NCBI GenBank assembly: GCA_010356995.1
Contig: ML996693.1
Span: 434,001-498,000, forward strand
Direction of reading: 5' to 3'
DNA length: 64,000 nucleotides
Origin: Trichodelitschia bisporula
Lineage: Eukaryota
Part shown: positions 37,216 through 50,200 of the stretch, piece after piece
How the letters are laid out: every line of letters starts with the position of its first letter
Numbering within the stretch: the first letter of the stretch is position 1
Notes under the pieces: model-generated
Told to the model about the DNA's origin: nothing
The model's input: only the letters and a program-made list of their open reading frames with translations
Database searches by the model: none
Translations under genes and position numbers: made by a program

Positions 37216-38138
37216 TTATCACAGCAGCGAAGGTTTGAATATTGATGCATTTGCAAGCAGAGCAGTGGTATCATATGCGCCACGTGGCCCGGTTCGGCGC
37301 ATTTCCCATTCATCCTCATCGTTCCGATTTCCCCGTTCCGTTCCATCTGGTTTCCAAGTCCCACCGCCCATTCAGCATCAGTTCGTAGTAAGAGGGAAAG
37401 GAAACAAGGGTGTGTGGGAGGAGAGGGGCAGCAAGTAGTAGCCAAGCATATAGTGAGGACTTAAAAAGTGGTCGAGCCTAGAAGAGAAGAGTAGAGAGAA
37501 GAAAGAAGAGCCCCCCAATGCCAACCCAGCAGGCCTGTGAGCTTCATCCATGCAAGTTGTACAGTTGATGCTCCAAAAATTGATGCTGCGTGCCCCCCCC
37601 CCAGTTCTATCAACCGAAAGAACCGCGTCGAGTGCAGCCGGGGAAGGCGAAAGGTGGAAAGAAAAAGCGGCCTGGCCAGCCGAGAGAAGCAGAAGACAGC
37701 AAGCCGAAAGCTACAAGCAAACTGAAAGACAAACAACAATCACAATGCTTCCAAAACAGCAGACAGGGGCACAAATTACGCCGTCCACCCAACTCCACGA
37801 AACGTGTTACGCAAGAAACAAATAATCGAGTGCTCAAGGAAACAACACAATCAACGCCAGTTCTGGGGTCCGCCGTGCATGCTCCGTTCAGCCTCCTGGA
37901 GATGACAAAAAAGCGAACGGCAGGGGATATCAACCAATCAGAACCCGCAAAGTGCCCAAACACGGTCCAGAAAACAGCATCAGATCCCGAACTCCGCGAT
38001 ATGGATGTTGGAAAAGAAAAGTAACGCGGTAGCCAGCAAATCCGGGGCCTAACGCCCCATGTAAGATCGGCACTTCGTCATCGCACGGTGGGGGTATCAT
38101 ATTCCGGTCCAAGTTCGCGGCCCATTGCCGGCCAGAAG

Positions 38139-39725
38139 TTAGCCCATGTCCATGCCATATTCATCCTCCTCTTTCAGGCTGAAGGACCCGCGGCCGCTAG
38201 AGTCGCTGCGGTGCAGCCAGTATCCTTGCTGGTGCATTTGGTTCGAAGGACTAGCAGAATTCTGAGGCGAGATCGGCTCCCCGGCGTAGTTCGTGTGGTT
38301 GGGAACACGCAGTCCGCTGCCGGGCCCCCGGGTGTAATGGAAGTTGGCCACGCCATTCTTATCCACCGCAGCCAAGATCTCGGTCTTCATGCGCTTCTCG
38401 TTCTCCGTCTCCTCGAAAGGCCAAGTTCCCCCCAGGCTCTCAATGTACTGCCTTAGCTGCTCCTCGTGAGCCATCTGGTTGTGGACCATCCACATGAGAT
38501 CCCGCGTCCAGCTAACGGCACCATTGAGGATGTCACCCTTGTTCGGGCCCTTGTCCTTCTCTTCAATTGGCAGGCCCTGGGTAATGTTTCCAGCTGCGCG
38601 TCGGCCGTTGCCCCCGGCAAGGAGCGATGTAGCGGGGTGAGGCGGAGACAGGCCGTTCGCCGCGATAGTGGGGCTCATCGGGCCGTTGTTGGTGATGTGC
38701 TTCCGAACCTTCTCATCCTCTAGACGGTGGCCCGGAACGAGGCGCGACAGATCATGGATTCGCTCATTGATGTTGTCCCGACGGCGACGCTCGACGGCAT
38801 TGTGAGACTCGCGTCTACGCTTCTTCTTCGCCTCCTGAGACTGGAAGGCGGTAGGGAGGGATGCGCTGTGCGAGTTGTTCTCAACCTTGGCGGGAAGGGA
38901 GGCGTGCTTTCCCGTGATGATTTCGGAGATCTGAGGATGGAACTGCCCAGCGTGGGGCGAAGGAAGAGGGGAGTCGAGAAACGATCCACCGCTGCCAGGT
39001 GTGCCACTCCACTGCTGCGCCTTGGCCGCGTGGTGAAGTTGCTGGCTCATATTCAGCATGTTGGCCGGCACGCTTCCAGACTCCGAGATATGGAGCCCAG
39101 CCAGACCTTGCGTCTTGGGCGTCATTGGGCTTCTAGAGTCCGACGCGTGGCGCTCGATGCCGTGCATTTTCCGCATACGCACATCGTAGGATCCATTGTG
39201 CATCGGCATCGCTGTGGGCAACGTCTGGGAGAAGCCTTGCCCTTGAGTAAATGTTCGGTACTGCGGATAGCTGAAGTCGTTGGTGAAGGGACTGGTGATT
39301 GGGGCGCCGTCGGGGGTACTTGAGTGCCCGGGAATGTTGGATCCGTTGGTAGGATAACCGATGCTCATGGCACCGCCATGCGTGCCCTCCGGGAAGTACT
39401 GTCCGTTCTGCCGCGCGTGACCGTTGTCAAAGCCGTAGTCCGGGTATTGAGGGTTGTTCGGGTGGCTGGGCTCGTTGATCAAGTCCAGAAGCTCGTCGTC
39501 GGCGATCCCGGCGTTGGGCATTCCGAAGTTGTTTATGTGGGAATTGAACTGGTTCCCGATGATGCCACCGCTCATGGTGAGGTCGGAAGGGTTCACGGCA
39601 CTCATGTCGCCGTTTCCGTTTGAGAAGTCACCGCCGAACTGATGGGACATTCCGTAACCACCGTTTCGGTTGAAGGAAAACTCCTCGGGTTCTTCTTTGA
39701 TGAATGTCGCTGGTGATCCTGTCAT
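38139..39725 (-). CDS. bHLH transcription factor (Rtg3/TFE-like basic region)
   Basis: KKKRRRESHNAVERRRRDNINERIHDL, a long loop, then KGPNKGDIL helix 2. The His and E..R..R residues are typical of CACGTG binders. Confidence 0.9.
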   Translation of the reverse strand: MTGSPATFIKEEPEEFSFNRNGGYGMSHQFGGDFSNGNGDMSAVNPSDLTMSGGIIGNQFNSHINNFGMPNAGIADDELLDLINEPSHPNNPQYPDYGFDNGHARQNGQYFPEGTHGGAMSIGYPTNGSNIPGHSSTPDGAPITSPFTNDFSYPQYRTFTQGQGFSQTLPTAMPMHNGSYDVRMRKMHGIERHASDSRSPMTPKTQGLAGLHISESGSVPANMLNMSQQLHHAAKAQQWSGTPGSGGSFLDSPLPSPHAGQFHPQISEIITGKHASLPAKVENNSHSASLPTAFQSQEAKKKRRRESHNAVERRRRDNINERIHDLSRLVPGHRLEDEKVRKHITNNGPMSPTIAANGLSPPHPATSLLAGGNGRRAAGNITQGLPIEEKDKGPNKGDILNGAVSWTRDLMWMVHNQMAHEEQLRQYIESLGGTWPFEETENEKRMKTEILAAVDKNGVANFHYTRGPGSGLRVPNHTNYAGEPISPQNSASPSNQMHQQGYWLHRSDSSGRGSFSLKEEDEYGMDMG

Positions 39726-40041
39726 TCCTCAAGACGATGTGAAGATTCTGTGAAGGTAATGATGCTGGTGAAATATGGGACAGGGAAGTTCCGCACTGCA
39801 GAGTCTGAGCGCCAACTACTTATACCATACCACAGGCCGTCCTAGGGTCTCTGAGGTTATGAAGGAGCGCCCTGCAGACTTACAGATGCAAGAACGGCAC
39901 AACACTTGACTTCAACCGAGGGTATGCGAACCACACAGTGCAGCGATCGGCGTGAAACAATCCTTCTTTTCGGAAAGACTTCCGGTCTCTTCTTGGAGAG
40001 TTTTGGAGTTGCGCGAATGAGCAAGCAGGCCAAAAACCTAG

Positions 40042-40077
40042 TTATGCAGAGGAGCAATTCGAGGGCAAACGTGACAT
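40042..40077 (-). promoter_or_regulatory. Putative 11-codon uORF (MSRLPSNCSSA) in the bHLH leader
   Basis: The only ATG in predicted leader exons 40586-40418 and 40137-39884. Confidence 0.4.
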
Positions 40078-43000
40078 GGATCGCAGGTTGGTATGCGGGG
40101 AGGGAGGGGCCAAGTCCACAAAGTTTGCGGCTTGCAGCTGAAAAATTGTATGTTAGCCCGCCTCGTCCAGGTTCAACCAGGGCTGAGGAAGTAGGGAAGT
40201 ATAAAAGAGGAGAGGGATCGCCGCTAGAACAGTCCTTTTAATTGCAGGGACGGCTTAATTGGGCTCTTGATTAGGAAATGGATATGCCAAGGGTTCGAGA
40301 TAATAGCTTATTTGGGCATGAGGAGCAGAAAGAGAAGAAGCGCCATTCAGAGAAGCGAATCAAGAAAACAAGAAGAACAAGAAGTAGTGCCGGCTTGAGA
40401 GGCAAAACTGAACTGACCTGGGATAAGGCTGCACCGACTTGTCTTGCCTAACTTGACACTTCCACCAGTTGCAGATGTAGATATGATGCAGGTGGCAAAT
40501 CGACTGTTGCAACGCCGGACTAGTGCCAATCGACGTTGGCGATGGAGAAGGGAGGTGCTTTAGAGGTATAGCTGAGATGATGTAACCTGTAGATGCTGTT
40601 AGTAGGTGCTGCTAAATGTAGACTATGTGCGCCTAGACATCGACCGCAGCCTCGAACGAGTCGCATGAAATCGGCGCATGAAATCGATGGCGACGGCAAA
40701 GCCAAAGCCAGGAACACCAAGCCGGTGAGGGATGGTGCCGCAGCTGATGACAGCGGCTTGGGCGCTTCGGTTACACCGACCAAACTGCTTTAGCAGACGC
40801 GGAGCACGCCACACGCAGCTTGTATGTGGTATACATGAACGCAGCAGAATTCACAAGGCGAACTCGCACTGTGTCGAAAGTTGCTGCCTCAATCTGGAGA
40901 GATTTCGCTTACCTCGAGGGATTTTCAGGCAGGACCGCTATACGGACGCAGGTATGCGCGAGACTCCGACGAGGAGGGTGTGATGCGGGTATGATTGGCA
41001 CCGCGAGCGGCCGTCGGCTAATTGCTTTGATTGAGGTTGTAAAGAACAAACGGTTGCGCTGGTTCTGGGACGGGGACCGGCGGTTGAGTGGGCGAGCGGG
41101 TTGCGCGAGTGAGTAATTCGCACGGTGAGGCGATGTTGTTCGATTGCGGTGTGGAAGGTGGGGGTGGGCGAGGCGAAGTCAAACTGCCTAGCGCAATGGG
41201 GGAGTGGGGTTCGGGGAGGAGAATTGTGGGTGCCGCGGTGGAGAAAGTGGGGACGGTGGATGCGGTATATTGTGTTTCCACGATGGTACCGCAATGGAGG
41301 GGTTGAAGATTTGTGCGACAGGGCTTTCTTTTTCCAAATGCCTTTGGAGAGGAAGCGGGGGGTCCGTTGCGCGAGGGGGTGGGATGTTGCAATGCGAATG
41401 AGGGGGGGGTGTTGTGGGAGGGGGAGGTAGTTGTATTCAAGAGTGGTGAGTGGAGTGGGAAGGGTGGTGGAATGGATGGGTGAAGCTGGAGTGGCCAACG
41501 AGGATGAAGGAAGAGCCTGGGCTTAAACGGAGATCCTAGCGCGCGAAGAGGCACGGACCGCCTTAAGAGAGCGTCGCTAACTGTCGGGCTTTTTTGCAAG
41601 AGGCCGGCCAAGCGGTTTGTGAGTGTGCAAGGTGGCGGCTAAAACGGCCTGGGGTGAGTGTCCGGGGTTCTCCGTGGGGATATATTGGGTTAAGGCCTTG
41701 TTCTATTGTATCTTCGAGGGATGGTAGGGTTGATAAATGTCTAATGGTTGCAGCTTTGAAAGGAGCTTCGAAGAAGAGAGCGGGGGGGGGGGAGGCGAAG
41801 AGAAGGGAAGCGAGGCGGAGAAAGGACTCTAAGAGTCAAAGGTGAAGAAGCGCCCGAGAAAGCCTGGAAGCCAAAGTGAGAGAGGAGGGGTCGAATCGTG
41901 GGGTTGTGTCTCCTCTTTTTAGGCGCAAATAAAAGCGGAGGCAATCGGCCTAAAAGCGGCCAGTCGGCGGAAGTGGCGGCGAAGGAAGAGCGGAAAGAAG
42001 GAAATAATGCCTTCTTTTCCTCACTTCTTAAGACTGCGGGGGCGGGAGGAAGGGGGGGGACTTTGGACTTGAGCAAGCGAGAGAGTCAGAGCCGGAGCAA
42101 AGCGTTTAGTGAAAGGCAAAAGGCAAAAGGCAAAAGAGAACCAACCATCCAACAGCCAAAGGAAGTAGAGAGGCAAAGGCGCAACGGACACACACAAGCC
42201 AAGTCCAACTTGGGCAAAAACCTATCGAGGCTGCTTCAAGGCGGTGGGAAAGGAATGGATAGGAAGGGGAGGGGTATAGGCGTGCTTCAAGCCCTTCATC
42301 CAATGGACGTGCGAGAATGCACTGCCATCAGATGGATCGTGGCCCAAAGTGTCGCCTTTAGCAATTTGCCGGACCAGCAAGTTGCAGCGGAGAGACGCAC
42401 TGTCGGCGCAACAGCCCGTCGGTCCTGCAGGTGTCGGATAGAAAAACAATGGGTAACGCTCTCGACTTGGACCCGATCAGAATCTTTCGAGTCGATCAAA
42501 GTCAAAGCTGACGAGAGATGGAAGTACAGCAGTATGATGGTCCAAAGAACTAACTTGACGAGGATAGGAAGTGGCGAATAAAACTGGGTAGACTCACCAC
42601 CGTTCGGTAAGAAAGTGAGCAGAAGAAGGGCCTCAGATCAGGAAGAAAAATGATGAGGAGAGTCTTCTCAAGTTATCTGTGCGCTCCACGCATCGTCAGC
42701 TTATGGCCTTTTTGCCGCCAGGCCCGGCGATGATTGCGCAAATCGACTACCGCGATTGACACGACGGATTGGGAGACGAAGAAGGGGATTGCAAATGCCG
42801 TCGCAATAACCGCGATACGTATGGGAAGGGATTGCGCGGGTTATTGCGGACAGGGCCTTTGGGAGAGAGAGGGAAGGGGGAGGGGTGTAGGGGAAAGGAA
42901 GGGGTAGGGGGATTGAGGATGGGCAGGACGAGGGGGGTTAGAGAGAGAGCCCAGGTGAGAGAGACTATCGTGAAATAATGAAAGCGAGAGAGGGAGTGGA

Positions 43001-43980
43001 TGGGTCGGGGGTGGGGGGTGCAGAGAGTGAATGGATGGAAGCGAAAGGCTGCATGCCCTCCGAATAATGCCCCATCCCACACCCCTCACACTATCTTTTC
43101 TCTTTACCTTTCTCCTAAAACTCTTGCCGTTGTTGAACCAGTCTCGACTCTCTCTCTCTCCGATGCTCCACCAAACGCACAAATCAAACCTCAGCCACCA
43201 GTACCCCGCAAATGGCTTCTGCGCCGAACCCGGCTTGCGCAATATGGCCGAACGCGTGGAGACGCGAGCAAGCCTGCTCGAGTCCCCCCCGCAGTAGCAA
43301 TATCGCGAAAGTGCCTGGGATCCGGGCTAGAACCAGGAGAGGATATGGCGGCAAAGGTAAAATAATCCCAGACCGGGGTGCGGGGGGTTGGAGGGGAGAA
43401 GCTGAGCGATACGCGGAGAAAGGCGCGATACGCTAAGCTGAAAGGAAAGATGAAGAAAGAAGCTGATGTTGCTTACCGGCTGGATAGTTGCAGCAGGCGA
43501 ACTTTGGGGGCTGCCTCCGGTGCGCTTATATTGTCGACAGAAGAAAGATGGTTGGATCGTTTGTCGGAAAGCTACCGCGCGAGACGATTCGGCGCTGGTT
43601 GACTGCAGCTGGACCTTCTTCGGGTGCAAGTGGCTGCGCGAATCAGATCGCTGCACACGCGCGGAAGGCAAGGAAAGGCTGAGAGTGAGGGACGGACGTG
43701 TATATGGCAAGGCTAAGTGGACGGGAGCTCGCGCAGCTTGCCGGGCGGTCCGAGCAATATATATAGCTAACCGGGAGGTCTTCCAACCCTCCTTGACAAT
43801 CATCACACCCTCTCTCGCTCTGAAATATTACCCACAAAGTTGGCCAAACGGTGGGCCGACAGGGTAGGCGGGCGGGAGGCAGCGGGCACTTCTACTGTGG
43901 CTTGGCCCTACGCCGCAAGCCTGAGTGAGCACTAGATACGGTTACGAAGACTGCGATGAGGAACTGTCTAATGGAGGAGA

Positions 43981-44018
43981 GGGGGGAGGGGGAGGGGGAG
44001 GGGGAGGGGGGGGTGGGT
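43981..44018 (+). repeat. (GGGGGA)n tract, potential G-quadruplex
   Basis: At least five G runs separated by single bases. Confidence 0.75.
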
Positions 44019-44197
44019 GATTATGGAGAACATTAGGTCGTGGGGTGTACGGTAGGGGTGGGGTTGTGTAGGTGGATGTCTATGTGTGCATACGAAGAGG
44101 GTGGACGTGAGAACAGGTCTGAGACTTGAAAGGCACACGCGTCACCAAAGTCGTAACTTGCCTTGCGCTCCCATGCGATGCGGCGTAAACTCCCATA

Positions 44198-44206
44198 ATG
44201 ACTCAT
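44198..44206. promoter_or_regulatory. Perfect Gcn4/CpcA (AP-1) element ATGACTCAT
   Basis: Exact optimal consensus in the divergent bHLH/SFT2 intergenic region. Confidence 0.45.
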
Positions 44207-45768
44207 CTGCTCATTCGCCGACTACCTATTGATACTTGATTCACATTGGGTGAGGCTGCGCAGGTCCGGCGCCGCTACAGAGGATTGCTATTGCCAGGTC
44301 CGGGCGGTGGCAGTGGCTTTAAGGTAGGGGTGTGGGTTGATGGTGTACTACTACGCAGCCGACTACTCGAGGATAAATGCGAAAGAAGGAGGGATGTGGA
44401 AAGGCAGAGAGCTGGTTGGAATGGCCCTGCAGAAGCGCAGCGGTGGCAGCCGCACGGCCGCATCAAAGGACGATGAACATGGTGGGGGATGGAGATGTTG
44501 GGGATCTCCCCAGTGATTGTATTGGACAGCCTTGTGGTCGCGAAGCGACGACATTGATTAGCTCTACTGCATGGAGGTTGCGAGTGTGGAACTGTGGGAG
44601 GTGAGGGATTACGCGATAGCGGGAGGATACTGACAACAAGATTAGGAGTGCCGTTGGCTGAGATGGCTATTGTGAATATCTAGGAGTAGTCCTCGGTAGT
44701 GAGTACAAGCAGATAGATCACAGAGCAGCTTGTAGTACGTTAGGAGTAGCTGAGTAGCTGAGTAGGGTAGAGTAGGTAGCGGGTGTGGGGATACATTGCA
44801 TAGAATCTGGGGATGTCGTTGGCTGGTGGTGGAAGAGCCCGTTGTCGGCTGCTATTCAATAGGCCCCTCTAGCGGCTCCCCGCCCCCCCAGGCAGGCCCT
44901 AAGGAAAGCATCCGATGAGCAGGCATCAGCCGAATCTCCAAACAAAGATCAGCCCAAACCACCAAAAGCCGACTTCCTATCACCGGCACCCCCTTCACCA
45001 TCACCTTTCATCGCATCTGCCATCCCACACCCCCATCATCTCCATAATCCCATCACTTGCCCTTCACACCATCAACCCCCCAGTATCCCTTCTTGGCCCA
45101 TCGACACCCCCCCCCTCGACAGTCCAACCCAGCCAGATAGTACCCAGTCACTACCCGAGACGACTGCACTCCTACCTACTTCGCGACTCCGAACTCGGCT
45201 TGCGCTCAACGTCACGTCTCCTTCTTTCAACTAACGTCGCGTTGATAGAGCGTTTTCACCAATTCCCCATTGCCGAATCCTCTCGCCGCTGAGCCACTGA
45301 GACTCTCTTCGAAGTGCCCGTGCCCTCGCCGCCGCCTTCTCCGAGAGCCTCCCGCACCCTACTACTGCCTACACACACCCCTCTCCGCCATCCATCACAA
45401 GCCACCACCGCCTCCTCCTCCCTGTCTCACGTCTCGTCTGAGCCCCCATCATTGGACTCTCCAGATCCAAAACCTGCTGTCCTCTGCGCCGATCATCTGC
45501 ACCCTTATTTTCCGTGCTCGCCCTGCAGTCACGACCTTTCGAGATACCCACACCGTTTGCGCCAGTCCTTCAAGGGACTTGACCTTACGCTTCTACACAC
45601 CACCTACCTTGTCAACCCGTTGCGCCGGGCTTTGTCTACCCTAGTCCACCGAGGTCACGCCTTGCCGATCAAGTACAGAACCGGGCAGCTCAGGTCACAA
45701 TCGGGCCTCGTCCTAGCTTTGACAGCAGCTACTATCGCCCGCAGGCGACCACACCTCACACCAAGATA

Positions 45769-47203
45769 ATGGCATCCACGTCGTTCCGGGACTCGATGAA
45801 CTCTTTGGGATGGAGCAGGCGAGACCCCGATCTGCCTGTCAACACGTCTTCGACGCCTATGCTCTCCAGGCTACAATCGTTGAATCCTTTTGGCAATGGG
45901 GGCTATGTTAGGCTACCTACCACCGAAGTCCCAGGTGCGCCGCTTCCCGCGCCCACGCGCCGGGAGGAAGAGGAAGGATGGTTCGCATGTAAGTTGCATT
46001 TCTAGCATCTCCTAGGATTCCAGGGATTCTCCGATGAGTGGGTCGGGGGGCATCAGCTGCGCAAACTGTGCGAGATCAATGGTGTCTGTTTTGTGACAAG
46101 ACACCAGTTCCTGCATTCTCCTCTCCATGCATAACACCTGCATTGCCCTGTCCTTACCTTGAATGTGGACGGTTTGGACATTGACTGATACTGCTTGCTT
46201 TACACAGTGACCCGATGGGACCGTCTCCTCCTCTTCGGCGGCCTCAACCTCGCCGCAGCGGTCATGTTTGTCATTTGCTTCGCATTGATGCCTACTGGCG
46301 TTTTTATCCTGAAACCGCGCAAATTCGCTATCCTGTGAGTGCCTCGAGTCTTTTCTGGCGCGCAAACAAGCTTGGTGGAGCGAGGCCCTGTGCCCCATCC
46401 CCCCCCCAACCCTTCCCCAGCGACACGCCTCCCTTCTTCCCCTACCAGTCCTCTCAATAGCCACGTTCTGGCCGAGACCAGCAGCTGGTCAAACTGAGAT
46501 CATGAGGCTTCGATGCCGTCTAGCGCCGGAAAGCTGCAGGACAGGCTGAGCTAACCCTCATCATGTCCCTCTTGTTCTTTGTCCTCAACTGCAGCTTTCA
46601 TCTGTCTGGGGGGATGTTGCTAACCACTCTCTTACGTTTCTAGTTGGACGATGGGATCTGTATTATTTCTCGCATCCTGGGCGGTCATGCTCGGGCCAAT
46701 CCAATACGGTAAGCAGCCCTGTCCGGTCGTGGCCAGCTGATTCGCGGTCTGTGCTTGTCGCTGGTAAGCCATGCCTTGATTGACGCACTAACGTTCTTCA
46801 GTCCAACATCTATCATCTGGTCCCCGGCTGCCCTTCACGGCCGCATACTTGGGCTCTATCTTCTTCACCCTCTTCTTTGCGCTTAAAGTAAGTGCATGCC
46901 CTTCCCTCCCCAGACTTTCCAAATCGGCCCCTTGCGCGCATCGAGCCGGGTACAGCAGCGAGCGAATCAGTTTGCGCACCGTTGGATTCCCTGCGTCAAT
47001 GATTGCAGTATTTGGACTAATGATTGCCTCCGCGTGATCTGTGACTGTAGGTGCACTCCACTATCCTTACTCTCATCGCCGCCGCCATCCAAATGGTTTG
47101 CTTGATCTGGTATCTCGTCAGCTACTTTCCCATGGGCTCGACAGGGCTGCGCTTCGCGGCGCGCGTTGGCGGCAACCGCGTCACAGCGTGGATGAACGAC
47201 TAA
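45769..47203 (+). CDS. SFT2: Vesicle transport protein SFT2, 5 exons
   Basis: Exons 45769-45988, 46208-46334, 46644-46708, 46802-46887 and 47051-47203 give LTRWDRL, KPRKFAILWTMGS, RLPFTAAY and WYLVSYFPMG. Confidence 0.92.
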
Positions 47204-47228
47204 ATGCGCGCGGCGCGGGCGCGGTACG

Positions 47229-47256
47229 GGTGCGGTGCGGTGCGGTGCGGTGCGGG
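47229..47256. repeat. (GGTGC)n microsatellite
   Basis: About 5 copies just after the SFT2 stop codon. Confidence 0.8.
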
Positions 47257-50200
47257 TGCAGTAGCGCAAGCAGAGGTGCGGACTGGGGTTAGCAGGTCGG
47301 GGTTGATTGGCATGTGACGGTCTCAGCGGGGGGTATCTGGGGGAGGGGGGGGGTGCAGCGCAGTGCCCTCGGGCTTCCGACCGGGGGTTCGCCTGGGATG
47401 CGGCGGTGCTTTCGGCGGTGGTGAGTACGCAACAGACGCGTCCCGACCTTACCCTCCCCACACCCTCCTTTTTCCGCGTCGGGGTCATTTTGCTCCACCT
47501 GCCTCCTGTCGCGCAGGGATGGCGGGCCCCCTCCGCCCCCCACCTCCTGTTCTTCCCGAACTGCCTTAAGCCAGTATAATGTCATATACCCGTTGCCACT
47601 TGCGGTCTTGCAGGCTGAGTGCTTTGTCACCTTTCTTCCCGCTATCGTCGCCCCTAGCTCCATTTTGTCTTGCCCTCTTCTGGCGGCCTTGCTGAGCCTC
47701 CGTCCATCTGGCCCGCCCGTGCGGGAGGCGCAACGCCCGGGCCCGCGCGGGAGCGGGGTCAGCCGATGCCGTTGAAGGCGGCTGGTAGCGGGCCGACTAC
47801 GTTCGATGGGCCGTTTGGGGCAGTGGTCGCTGATCCCTGGGGTGATATTTGAATGTAAGCGCCGTACGCGGGCGACGCGTTGTGGGCGTTAATGGGAGGG
47901 ATGATGAATAGGGTCATTTTGGGCGGATGGGCGCGGGCTTCTTGGTGGGTTAGGCTGGGGACGATGGGATGGAGGGAGGGGGGGCCTGCGGGGGCATGCG
48001 CAGGGTGGATGGGTCATTGGCGGCCCCCTGCAGGTGTGCCTGTGTTGCTTTGGACGCTGCGATGGGAGTGGGCAATGGCGATACGGGGTCGAGGAGTTAG
48101 TTGGTATGTCCGGTTTGAGCCGGTTTTGTGTTGTTGAGGTTGAGATGGGGTGGGGTGGTGAGGATGGGGGTATGTTTCTGACATGTTGCGTTTCATGGGA
48201 GGGGACGGAGCGGGTGGGGCCGCTGTGCTACGGGGCTAAGGACACGCAGCTGGGCACGATGGGAAAGTGGCGTGGTAGTGGGTGAGGAAAGGCTATGCGC
48301 GAGAGGCATCGCGAGAGAGGTTTTTGAACGGGTCTTACCGGAATCGAGCGAGTGCGGGGGAGACGGGGTGGGCGGTGCGACGGGTGGTGGTCTGGGCTAT
48401 CAGATTGCGAATGGGGATGGGGAGAGAATGGGGAAAGGCTGGGCTGCGAGCTCTTGCGCGTCGTGGGGTTGCCGTCGCATGGTTTATCCCTGGGAAGGTG
48501 CATTGGCGGGTTAGGGTGTGGTGTGCGGGCCTGCCGCATATCACTTGCATGCGGAGCCATCATGCCCAGATACTTCGCATCCCCCATCGCCCAGTGTGCG
48601 TTGGGGAGTGGGTCTTTGATAGTGTTGGGGCGGCGCGCGGGGCGATGTCGGTTGAGAATGTGGATGGGCTAGTGGGGGGGGGTATGCAGTCTGCAGCCTT
48701 ACCTATATTGCACCGCAGCTGTTCGCAGCTACTCGTATCGCGTCCGGAGGCCGATTAGCTGATTAGCGAAACACCGTTCGAGCGTAGTTCTAGTTGGTCT
48801 AGGGAAAGCAAGTTTCGCAAGATGGTGTGGAGGCTCCACTCCCCGCCCCCCCCCCCTCCCCCTCAGCGCCGCCCCGTCCTCAAGTACGGATGTAGACGTT
48901 CGGGCGATATGTGCAGTGCAGAAAAACACGCCACTCCTCCCTCCAGATTGGCATCTCCTCCCGAAGCTCTCAGACCTCCTCTCCCATCGCCATCCACTCA
49001 CGCCCCCTTTACACCGTTATGCCCAGCCACCGCCAACCCCATGGCGTTTTTTGCGCCGCGATGCGCATCGCGATGCCCAAAAGCAATATTTTGCGGGGGT
49101 GGCGGCGGTACCGGCCGCGCGGCTGGGCGGGCGTGTGGACTGTGTGGCCGCTAGCTAGATCCGGCCGCGCTAGGACTATCGATAGCGGGGGTAGGCGCAT
49201 GGTCTGTGCGGTGTGGATGCACGGGGACGACGAGGGTGGAGGGGGGAGTGTATGATGTGGTGATGGAGGGAGAGGATGCATGTAGGTGTGGTAGAGGTAC
49301 GCAGTGCTACAGGTAGAGGTACTCGGTGCTACGGCTGGCGACTTAACCTTAGGCGAGTGGTGGCTTTGTGCGTTTGCCCGCGAGGCTGGCCTGGCCTCCT
49401 GCCTTGAGGGGCGCATTGCGCAGAGTCGCGCGTCTATGCGCGGCGCATAAATGCGGGTTGGAACATACGGTACGGGATGGGGCATGCGTGTTTGCTCCTT
49501 CCCGCATCCCCGCTGTTCCTGCAAAATACGACGGGGGAAGGCGAGAAAGGGAAGGACGGATTACGATGCCCTCCGCGATGGGGTGCGGTCGAGCGAGGGT
49601 GTGGCGCGTGCGGAATTGCAGGGCTGAGTGAGACGGTAGGGCTGCAGCGTGGTGTGGATGGGGGTGATTGGCGATGGGGCAATGGAGACATATGCGTTCG
49701 CTTGGGGTGTTTGAATTGGATGACTATGCATTCGTATCTGCTTTCAAGGCATCATTTCTGTCTTTCGAGCAGCCTTTCGTGCTTCGTGATGCGCATGTCG
49801 TCCTCATCGCCTCAGACGGCTACCCCGCCTCTAGCCTTCTCCGCGCAAACGCCCACCGACGCCGCGGCCGAGTCCTCGGGTCTGCTCGCGGAGTCGCGCA
49901 GGTCGCGCAGCAGACGCGGTGCAGCCGGGGAAGTGCCAACTTTCTGCCCCGGCGGGGAAGTGTGGGTTTGGTGTGGAGGGCTGAAGAAAGGGAAGCGGGG
50001 CGACGGTTCAGCTCGCTTCTTGCACGTCCCGCAGACGCCTTCTCCTGCTTTCCTATTCTGCTCCTGCGGTATGGCGATGCGGATGCGGATGTGTGGTGTG
50101 GTAGCCGCGTTCTCGGCCCACCGCCACTGGAACTAAAGCCGCGAAAGGAAAGACTGTTCTGCATGCCCGCTAAAGCGCCGCACCTCATGCGCGACGACCC

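Noticed and set aside
48508..48516. GGGTTAGGG (CCCTAACCC on the minus strand) as a telomerase RNA template
   Set aside because: A 9-nt match is expected by chance in a G-rich tract. The flanking minus-strand sequence is G-poor with no visible pseudoknot or CR4/5 element.
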